This document shows positions 10,347 through 20,720 of a stretch of 64,000 nt of DNA, one piece after another. The stretch is from assembly GCA_013239625.1 (NCBI GenBank), contig MU054338.1, positions 1-64,000 of the forward strand, given 5' to 3'. Below the pieces are notes generated by a model. The model was not told the origin of the DNA, searched no databases, and saw nothing but the letters and a program-made list of their open reading frames with translations. Within the stretch, counting starts at the first letter, position 1, and the number at the start of each line of letters is the position of its first letter. Source of the stretch: Lama guanicoe (taxonomy: Eukaryota). The position numbers were made by a program, and so were the translations under genes.

Positions 10347-13300
10347 TCAGGAGGAGGAGACCGGGTACCCGTAGTGGTTGCGGTCAGCCTCGCCCAGAGT
10401 CAGTGTCAGTGAGAGGCTGGGCTTCCGCTCGATGTCCTCCTCCTCTGGGCAGTGCTGTGGGGGCCGGGCTTTGAAGAAGTCAGAGATGTATCGGACCTGG
10501 CAGAGGAGAGGAAGGTAAGAGTGGGCGGGGATGAGGGCAGAACCACACAGGGAGGGGCGGTGGGACCCAGGAGGGGAGGGGGCACCGTGGGGCAGGGCAA
10601 CGAGAAAGACAGAGATGTGTTCTTACAGGGAAGATGGGATAGGGGAGGCCTGGGGTCCTGGGAAGCAAGAAGGAGGGCAAGGGGGTCCCAGAGTGTGGTC
10701 TCGGGTCAGGGCAGGGGGTCAGGACCCAGGAGCTCACAGTGAGGCCGGCCACCAGTGCCCCCTGCAGGAGGCCGACGAGAACATCGCTCCAGTGGTGCTT
10801 GTGGTCAGACACGCGGGTGTAGCCCACGTACAGGGCGAAGGCCACCAGGAAGAACTGCACGGTGGGCCGCAGCAGCCGCGCCCACTTCCAGCGGAGCCGA
10901 GCCTGCACGTAGAGCTGGGGGCCAAGAGCCAAGAGCAGCCGTCAGCATGGGCCCCTGCCAGGCTCAGGTCCCACCCGATGCACAGATGGAGCACTGGGGC
11001 CAGGAGTGAACCCACAGACCCAGGACCTCCCGTTTTTAATGACCAAGTCAGTTAGCCTACCCATCACCCCCTCACCCACCCGTGGAAGGGGAGTGACTTG
11101 GCCACTGCCCCACAGCAAGCAGGCCACAGAGACACAGACTCACCGCCAAGAACATCATGCAGTACATTCCGAAGGAGGAGTGCCCAGAGTAGAAGGATAA
11201 TCTAAAAAGGGGGTGGGGGCCAGCAGGGTCAGGAGGCCGGGCAGGGGGCAGCCCCCGGGCTCAGAGGCCAGGCAGCTCCCGCAGCATCGCTGCCTTCAAA
11301 CACCGCCTCCCCCCGTCTGCCCCTCCTGCTGGTTTCCCTAAGCCCGGGACTCAGCACAAGGAAGGAGTTCATTGTAGAAACACTGCTAGCATTAGACACC
11401 ATCAGTTCTTCCCTTTCCACTTTTCTGACAATGCAACAGAAAGTCTCCGTAGGGGTGCGTGGTCCTTAGGGCCTCACCATGAAGATGCTAAGGGCCCGGG
11501 ACACAGACCCAGGGCAGTCAGCTGTGTCCAGCAAGCTGTTAAAACCACAGCTTCACATTCACTGTGTTTCTATACAAGGTTATTTTCCATCTGCGGCCCC
11601 TGATGCAAGGTTCACATTTTCTTTTTATATAATTTCAAATTTTAAAATGGCATATTAAGAAACTCCAGAGGTCCACTCCACGCCCCCTGACAAAAGCAAC
11701 AGAAAAACTGACAACAATGATGAGAATCAGATTGGAGGTGGCCACGTGCACCAGACGGACCAGAACAGACCTCACTTACAAAGAACTGTGACTGTGTGGT
11801 CCCAGCTGGGGGCTCCCTGGAGCACTGGTCGGAAACATTCATAGGAAATGTAATCGTCACTGCTGCCTGGGGCAGTGGACAGCAGTGGAGGCAGGCAGAC
11901 TAACCAAAAAGCTTGGGAGGAAAGGCCAGGGAATGAGGTGCTCTGGAGAGTAAGGGTTGGAAGTCTAAAGGCCAGGGCTCCACCCATGCTCAGGAAAGAA
12001 CTGAGAAGGCCCAAGACTCTCACCTCTGGCCGACCTTCAGGTGCTGCAAGCTAAGACAGAGTTGTCAGTGGACACGCCCCAACACGGCACAGAGCCCACC
12101 TGTAAACCGGGAGTTTTTCCCCCAGTTCCAGGTGTTCGCAGCTAACAGCAGAACTTCATGGCCACCGTGACAAAGAACACAGACTTCACAAAATTAGTTC
12201 AGAAAAGTCACTAAGCAAACAACCAGCAACATCTACAACAAACAGCAACAGCAATCCTTGGGGAGAGTAGAATCTGATTTCCAGAGCTGCTACTTTATAA
12301 TGTTACAGGTGCTCAGTTTCCATAGAAATAAAAGCAAAAATAAACAAGTGGGACCTAATTAAACATATAAGCTTTTGCACAGCCAAGGAACCCATAAAAC
12401 AAACAAAACAACAACCTACAGAATGGGAGAAAATATTTGCAAAAGATGAGACTGACAAGGGCTCAATCTCCAGAATATGTAAACAGCTCATACAACTTAA
12501 TAACAAAAAAACAAACAACCCAAACCGAAAACGAGCAGAAGGCGTAAATAAGCAATTCTCCAATGAAGACATACAAATAGCTAATAGGCACATGAAAACA
12601 TGCTCAACGTCACTAATTATCAGAGAAATGCAAATCAAAACTACAATGAGGTATTACCTCACACCAGTCAGAATGTCCATCATTCAAAAGTCCACAAATG
12701 ACAAATGCTGGAGAGGGTGTGGAGAAAAGGGAACCCTCCTACACTGCTGGTGAGAATGCAGTTTAGTGGAGCCATTATGGAAAACAGTATGGAGATTCCT
12801 CAAAAAACTAAAAATAGACTTACCATATGATCCAGCAATCCCACTCCTGGGTGTATATCCAGAGGAACTCTAAATTGAAAAGATATCATGCACCCCAGTG
12901 TTCACAGCAGCACTATATACAATAGCCAAGACATGGAAACAGCCAAAATGTCCATCGACAGATGACTGGATAAAGAAGCTGTGGTATATTTATGCAATGG
13001 AATACTACTCAGCCATAAAAAAGAGTAAAATAACGCTATTTGCAGCAACATGGATGGACTCGGTCCATTACTTTAAGTGAAGTAAGCCAGAAAGAAAAAG
13101 AAAAATACCATATGGTATCACTGAGATGTGGAATCTAAAAGAAAAAAAAAAAAAAGGACACCAATGAACTCATCTATAAAACAGAAACAGACTCGCAGAC
13201 ATAGCAAACAATCTTATGGTTACCAGAGGAAAGCGAGTGGGAAGAGATAAATTTGGGAGTTTGAGATTTGTAAATGTTAACCACTATATATAAAAACAGA

Positions 13301-16300
13301 TTTAAAAAAACAAGTTTCTTCTGTACAGCAGAGGGAACTATATTCAATATCCTGTAATAACCTTCAATGAAAAACAATATGAAAACGAATATATATATGT
13401 ATATGCGTGACTGGGACAGTATGCTGTACAGCAGTAATTGACACATTATAACTGACTATACTTCAATTTTTAAAAGCCCACTTTTCAACAAAAAAAATTA
13501 CAAGGCACATGGGGGGAAAAAAATGTGGGAAGTACACAGAGGGGAAAAATCTACTAATAGAAGCTGTCCCTGAGGAACCCCAGACGTTAGACTTACTAGA
13601 CAAAGACTTTTAATGTGTCATTTGTGTTCAGAGAGCTAAAGGTACTGTGAAAATGTCTCACCTAACATAGAACATCAAGAAGAAACAGATGTTATAAAAA
13701 TGAACACAACAGAAATTCTGGAATTCAAAACGGTAGTATTTGAAATAAAAAAATCACCAGAGGAGCTCTGGGCAGGCAGAGGAGTCTGTGAACATGGAGC
13801 TAGGTCAGCTGAGAATTTTGGTCTGAGGCACCAAACATAAAAAGAATGAAGAAAATGAATGCGCCCCAGTCTTGTGGGACACCATCAAATTGTAGCAACA
13901 TATACACAGTAGGAATTCCAAAAGGAGGAGAGAGAAAAGGACAGAAAGAATATCTGAAGAGGTAATCACTGAAAACTTCCCAAATTTGATGAAAAACATT
14001 AACCTACACATCTAAAAAACTCAGTGAACTCCTAATAGGATAAACTCAGAGACCCACAAAGAGACACATTCTAATCAGGCTACCAAGAGACAAAGTCAAG
14101 GAGAAAACATTGAAAGCAGCAAAAGAAGGGACTTATTATGTATGAGGAATCGTCAATAAGATTCGCAGCTAATTTCTTATCAGAAACCATGGGGGCCAGA
14201 AGGACGACATATTCAAATTACAGTAAGAGAAACAAAAAACCCGTCAATCAAGAATTCTCTATCTGGCAAAATCATCCTTTAAAAATAAAGGAGAAATGTA
14301 GACATTCCCAGACAAGCAAAAACCGAGAGAACTCATAGCTCATACACCTGCTCTACAAGAAATGCAAAAGGGAGTCTTTCAAGGAGAAATGAAGGATACT
14401 AGACAGTAACTCAAATCCACACAGAGACATAAAAGACAACAGTGAAAGTAACTACAAAATATGAACATCAGTAACAATGTGTTTTGGTTTACAATTCCTA
14501 TTTTTCCCTACATGGTTAAGTAGAAACATGCACACATCATGACACGTTAAACAGACTTACAGTGCTCATTCCACATGAAATACAAATATCAAATCATTGT
14601 GTTGTACACCTGAAACTAACAATGTCCTATGACAACTACACCTCATTTTTTAAAAAACTGCATAAAACAGTAATTATAAGTCTATGTTGATGAGCACACA
14701 ATGTATAAAGACAGAATTTTTGACAATAACCTCGTAGAGGGTAGAGTCATATAGCTGCAAATTTTTTGCATAGTAAATACCTATGTAACAGAAAAGGCCT
14801 TGGTGGAGAAACTGAAAAACAAAAAAGATACAAAATATAGAAAACAAATGACAAAATATCAGTAATTACAATGAATGTATTAAACTCCCCGATTAAAAGG
14901 CAGAGATTGGAGAAAAGATTGAAAAAACATCTGTGTACAAGATGCTGACTTTAGATTCAAAGACACAAATAGGCTGAAAGAACAAGAATGGAAGTAAACA
15001 GTAACTGAAAGACAGCGGGAATGGCTACACTACTCTCAGACAAAATAGATATTAAGTCAAAAACTGTTGGGGGACAAAGGACATGATATAGTGATAAAAG
15101 GATCAATCCATCAAGAAGACATAACAATTGCAAAGATATACGCACCTAAAAACAGAGCCTCAAAACACACAAAGCAAAAACTGACAGAAGTGAGAACATG
15201 GATGAACTCTGAAACACTGAAGCAGCCAGACACAAAGGCCACACAACGTGTGATTCCACTGACGTGAAACATCCAGAACAGGCCAGTCCACAGACACACA
15301 GAGTGGGCACCTGGTTGCCAGGAGCTGGGGGAGGGGGGCTATATTGAATGGACATGGAGTTTCTTTTTCTGTGATGAAAATATTCTGGAATAACATTAGG
15401 AGGTTGGATGCACAACATTGTGAATGTGCCAAAAATCAATGAATGGTACACATTAAGACGGTTAAGCTGGTGGATCTTACGCTAAGCAAATTTCACTGAA
15501 TTTTTAAAGAGGTAAAATAAGAACATCAATTAAATGAAAATTCTATCAGTAGAGATGGTGAGAGGACAGAGCAGAAGCATGAGGATGGGGCCTGAAATTT
15601 AGGAGGTGGAGCTTGTCTCCTGACACCTACTGTTCCGCTCCTGGGCCTGCCGGCATCCCTGGCCCCTCGCCTCCCGTCTGTGGGACGCAGGCCCACAAGC
15701 ACCTCCAGGCCCTGCTCCCCGCCTGTTCTCTGCCAATGTCTTGCCTCTTCACCTTCTCTGTCCAGCACCTCATCCCTCAATAACCAGCTCCTGAGGGCCC
15801 CTCTCTAGCACCCCTCTGCTCCTGGGGGGGTGTGTCTGTGCCCAGGCCCCCCAGCACTGCCCACCTGGACTCGGTGATGTTAGCAGGGCTTCCTCTGCAC
15901 ACCTCCGCCTGCACGTACACCGAGCAGTTGACATGGCTCCAGTCGGGGTCACACACTGCCAGAAAGTTGGGCCGCAGGCGGCCAGTCATGTATTTGGCCA
16001 GATCTGTCAGTGACTGGCTGACTGCAGCCCCGAATAGGAATGTCCCCAGCACCTTGTAGATGGCGGCCAGGTAGTTGTTGAAGTCGGAGCGGGAGTAGAG
16101 GCGGTCCGTGTACACCAGGTAGGCCTCCCCAGCCGACACCTGCAGAGGTAGCAGCCGTGGGGTCTTCACCAGGCAGGGGCACTGGGCCTCGCTAGGTCCC
16201 ACCCACTGAAAGGGGTCAGGACTCCTGGCTGCCCTGAGGTCACTGGGACCCGGGCACTCCGAAAGGGGCCCTCTTCCCCACAAACACCGCCCTGGGCAGA

Positions 16301-19300
16301 ACTAACACCCACCCGTTCCCCCGGAGGCCCTCTGCCCTTACAAGGATGGTGGTGGCTGAGATGATGACCCCGGCCATGAGCCCGTGGGTGATGGTGTCCG
16401 GACGGTAGGGGTACCGGATGGAGTCATCTCCACAGTAGAATCCACGCTTGTACGGGGCATTCACGAGCGTCAGGATGGCAAAGGGCAGGGCGGCTGGAGG
16501 GGGCAGGAAGAAAAGGCTGGTACCACGAGGCCCCTGCCCCCGGCTGCAGGCTCCCATGGCTGAGCCCCAGGCCCACATACACAAGCTGGGTTGTCCATCC
16601 TGGTTCCCTCACCTCCTGTCCACCCGATAGCTGGGAGGAGCTTTCCTTGAGTCAGGTGGGAGGTTGCTGCCCCCATTAAAACCCCCTGTGGTTCCCTGTC
16701 ATATCAGATAAATAGCACTTCCTTCCCAGGCCCACACTCCCCACCCCCACCTCTACCCTCTCCCCTTCCTCCTGCCCTCCGCACAAAGCTGGCACATGTC
16801 ACATCATTCTCGCTGCCCAGAATATCTCTGATTGACCTCCACTCACCCTCCTGACTGCTCGCTCCTGGCCCCACTCTCACAGGAGGAAATTCCCATTCTT
16901 CATGTTTCTGGCCCCTGTGTGTAACTGTGCAATTGCTGTGTGATACTTGGACCACTGCCCTCAATACACACATCCATCTATGGGCACCTGAGGGGTTGGG
17001 GGGGCCATCATGTTCAAGGCTCAGTCCCCAGAGCTGCTCCAGGCCTGGCCAAGGCCAGTGTGTCATAGGCCTCCCTGCTCACCACTCTAGGGCCAGCCAG
17101 AGATCGGGGACACACTGTGGTAAGGGGGCACTGAGATGCCTGCACCCCTGGGCTGGCCCTGAGCCAGCCACACGGTGACTGGCAGACGCAGCCAGGCCCT
17201 AGGAGCTCCGTCCAAATGCACACTCAGGAGCCACAAGCCATGACCAGGCTCTGCAAGACAGCACCACAGCACCAGAGCCCTGGGCTCCCTGCTTCCGGGG
17301 TGGGTGAAAGGGACAAACCCAGGCAGCATGCCCCTTGCCCTGGCAGGGCAGGTGACAGGTATAGAAAGGTGTGGCTTTTCTGGGGCCAGAATCCCAGAGC
17401 AGGGGAGGGTAGGGCCAACTCCTTCTTCCAAAGGCCAAATGCAAGGGCCTCCAGGACCACTCCGTGCTGGGGCTGAGTCAGAGAAAAGACTCAGTGGAGA
17501 AAATACAGAGGTCTGCTGCTTGGAGCTTAGAGGGGCTAGGAATAAAAATCATAGGGGAAGCACAGGGAAATATATACAAGGTCTTGTGGTAGCTCACAGT
17601 GAAAAAAATTTGACAATGAATGTGTATGTTCATGTATAACTGAAAGATAGTGCTCTACACTGGAATTTGACACAACATTGTAAAATGACTATAACTCAAT
17701 AAGGAAATGCTTTAAAATTAAATTAAATTAAATTAAAAAAAAAAAAACAAACATAGAGGAGTCGGCTGCTGCTTCAATTTACGCCACACAGAGAAGGTGG
17801 CGTAAAGGAGGAGGCCCAGAGGTGGGCCTGGGCCCCGCTGGGAAGGGCTGGGAGTGAGGTGGGAGGCTGGGTGGCAGGGAGCAGGGGGATGCCTGCACGA
17901 GAGCTCTGCCTGCTGTGAGTGAGGGCAAGGGTGGAGGCAGACAGGCCTCTGAGAAGACTCCCAAAGTTGGGAGGAGGGGCAGGGGAAGGAGATCAAATCT
18001 CAGAAGACTGAGAAATCCAGTCAGGCCCCATCCCTGTGGGCAGGGGCCCACACGGCGTGCCCAGACCAGCGAGGTCAGCCTCCCAACCCTTCTCCCTCAG
18101 CCCCAGCCCTTTCCTCTGGAGAGTCAGCCACCCCCAGCCACTCACCCCCAGCCCCCCACCATCCGACCTGGGATTCAGGAAGCAGAGCTCAGAGCACTGG
18201 AACTGGGGCCGCCCTCTGCCTGGTACGCTCTGGCTCAGATGTCTGTGTCGCCTCCCTCCCCCGGCCCCGCCCCGGCCAAGAGCTTCCCTGCCCTCCCACC
18301 CACCTCCAATGTCCTCAGGAGCCTGTCACCATCAAGAACTGAACTGTTCATGTATTGAAGCTTCCAGAATGGAAGCCAGGTCTGCCTGACCACCAGCACC
18401 TAGTACAGCGTCGGCACACCACCCAGTCTCAGCTCCACTTCCCCCACCGTGTGACCTCCAGCAGGTGGATGAACACCTCTGGGGTGAAACACAGGGAACT
18501 AGGGAACTGAAACTTGGTCTCATTGTCTAGAGAAGCCTTTATAAGTTTAAATTTAACCTATGTCTGAGCAGATACTTTTGCTTGAGAAATGGAAAAAGTT
18601 ATCTGAAGGGAAAAGAGAACCCTGATAGATCTAATCTTGCCTGACCACACTGCTTGAGGGTCCCGCCTGCTTAACCTTGTTTTTGCAAAGTGCTCTGCTG
18701 CACAGAGCAGGAGCCAGGGGAATGAGCGGAGAAGTGAGGGCGAAAAGGGCGGCCACAAAGAGGAAAAGAAGCCACAAAGAGGAACAGATAAAAGGACCCA
18801 GCTGAGACCCCCAAGGGCGGCAGTTCCTGGTCAAGCCACCCGGGCTTATGGCTCCCCCGCTCCCCGCTCCAGCGCCTTTTCTTCTTCCCCTTGAGCAATA
18901 AAGCAGCTTTCACTCTGTCCCTCTGCCTGTGCTGCGAATCCTTTCCAGCCAGTGGGCAAGAACCCACCTTTCTGTGGGACCCCCATTCTAAAGGGGAATC
19001 TCCCATCTGCTAACAACAGCTCCTCCCTCACCAGCTATTTGGAGGAAAAGGTTTAATCATTTGCATGTTACCTAGTGCCTGGCATACAGTAAGTGCCATA
19101 CATAAATGTTAAAATAAATAGTAATTGCTCAGGAAGTGATGCCCAGTGTTGGCTGACGTCCCCTGGGGGCTTCGTGCTGCCACCTGGCCCACCCCAAGGG
19201 GGTCTCTTCCAGGACCTGGGAGTAGAGCCTGACATCTGCCATCGGTCAGAGCGGCCCCGCGGGTTCCAACAGAGGAGCAGCACCAGCCAGGGGGTGGGGA

Positions 19301-20119
19301 GGGCAATTGAGGCTGGAGGGGCCCCTCCCGGTGCCGGGGTCATGGTCCGCACGGCCTGGGAGCAGACAAACACTCAGCCTTTGTTCCCTGGGGGAGGGCC
19401 GGGGAGGGGACCTCGGGCTGCCCCCTCCCCCGGCCTGGCCGCCAAACCCGCCGGACAGGTTTGGTCCGCGCCACCCCGAGTCCCCCAGTCCAACAACAGC
19501 CGGCGGCCCAGCCTTTCTTCTGCCTCTCCCAGGCCCGAGGGGAGAGGGCGGCTGGGAGCGGGTTCGAATCCCACTACCGGTGCGTCCTGGGCCAGGGCTC
19601 AGCCCTCCCTGACCCGACAGGGACTGCCGCCCGAGGGCCAGGGGTTGGAGGGCCTCCAGGCGACCCGCGGTCGCGCCACCCACCCGGCCCTCCCCAACTG
19701 GGCCACCGCCCGCGTGAATCACCGCCCTGGCCCGACCGGGCAGGGCGGGAGGGGGAGGCATGCTTGGTCCCCCGAACCCCTTCCAGACGGCGACTTCCTG
19801 ACACCGACCCCCTCCGGAACCTGGGACGCGTAGGGGAAACTGAGGCCTGAGAGGGCGCAGGCAGGCGCTAGGGCACGCGGGGCGGGGGGCGCAGAGGTCG
19901 TTTCGCGGCCTGAGTGTCCCCCCAAGTTCTCCCCACCTCCAGAGGGCCTCCGAAAGGTGGAGGCGCCGCGCACCCCACCACCTGTCCTACAAACCTTCGC
20001 AGGGAGCGGGGACAGGTACCGCCTGGGAAGGGGTCCCCCCCAAACACCAGGTCCCAGCGGCTCTTACCGACCAGCACGCACAGCACGTCGAGAAGCACGA
20101 AGACCCACCTCCGCTCCAT
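10347..20119 (-). CDS. PLPP2: Phospholipid phosphatase 2 (lipid phosphate phosphohydrolase 2, PPAP2C), 6 coding exons, 287 aa
   Basis: Exons with GT-AG junctions and consistent phase: 20068-20119 ([17 protein letters not shown]), 16342-16493 ([28 protein letters not shown]), 15865-16139 (C1 motif KYMTGRLRP), 11144-11201 (C2 motif SFYSGHSSF), 10738-10914 (C3 motif [13 protein letters not shown]), 10347-10496 (..[13 protein letters not shown]). Total 864 nt. Confidence 0.98.
11640..15510 (+). mobile_element. Old L1 (5' region, ORF1 and start of ORF2) plus an L1 3'-end fragment in PLPP2 intron 3
   Basis: ORF1p-like remnants ([17 protein letters not shown], 14138-14338), endonuclease-like remnant ([31 protein letters not shown], 15067-15190) and an L1 3' UTR at 15195-15510. 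Confidence 0.85.
12317..13470 (+). mobile_element. Younger 5'-truncated L1 (ORF2 C-terminus and 3' UTR) nested in the older L1
   Basis: Well-preserved ORF2 C-terminal peptide [42 protein letters not shown] (12898-13080) and a cetartiodactyl-type 3' UTR ending ..ACTGACTATACTTCAATT. Confidence 0.9.
17556..17748 (+). mobile_element. Short L1 3'-UTR insertion with A-rich tail (PLPP2 intron 1)
   Basis: AGCACAGGGAAATATATACAAG...ACATTGTAAAATGACTATAACTCAATAA followed by (TAAAT)n and poly-A. Confidence 0.8.
18485..19015 (+). mobile_element. Solo ERV LTR in PLPP2 intron 1, antisense to the gene
   Basis: TG...CA-bounded block with TATA-like GATAAAAG (~18787), AATAAA (18897-18902) and U5-like GCGAATCCTTTCCAGCC..GCAAGAACCC, ending in TGCTAACA. 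5' boundary approximate. Confidence 0.7.
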
Positions 20120-20720
20120 GCCGCCCCCGCCCCGGGCCGCGCCCGCGACCCCCGGTGCCCGTCCCAGCGCGTCCCGTCGCGTCCCGGCCGGGCCCCGGGG
20201 TCACATGGTCGCGGAGCCGGGCCCAGCCCGCAAGGGGAGGGCAGGACAGAGCAGGGGAGCGGCGTGCGGGGCGGAGCAGCCCGAGTGGAGGGGGCGGACT
20301 CTGCCCCCGCCCCGCCCGCCAGCGCAAGGCGGAGAGCGGGTGGAAGGTGCTCGCGGGGGCGGCCGGGGAACCCGGGTCGGTACCGAGGAGGCGTGGCGGG
20401 TCTCCGAGCTGGGAGGAATCGCCTGCGCCCGACAATCACCCCGCCCGCAGCCCGGGAGGCTGAGGCTCAGGGACGGAGAGTCCGGGATCACCCCAGAGCG
20501 TCCGGGTCCGGGTCCGGGTCCGGGTCCGGGTCCGGCAGCACGCCCCCGTCACACACAGATTGGGCCGGCTGAGTCGGCGAATAAGGGGAGACGGAAGGAA
20601 CAAAGGAACGGGTGAGTGAGGGGGTGAACGGACAGACGGGCAGAATCGGGGTGTGGAGGAGGATGGAGCGCCGGCTCCCGCAGACGCGTCCGCCCGGGGC
20701 CCTCTCTGAGCCTCGGTCTC
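19400..20720. promoter_or_regulatory. CpG-island promoter of PLPP2
   Basis: Very CpG-dense region around exon 1, with multiple GC boxes (GGGGCGG), an E-box (GTCACATG, ~20200) and a CCAAT box (ATTGG, ~20559). Confidence 0.85.
20501..20535 (+). repeat. (TCCGGG)5-6 hexamer microsatellite, G-quadruplex-capable
   Basis: Seen directly: TCCGGG x5 followed by TCCGG. Confidence 0.95.
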
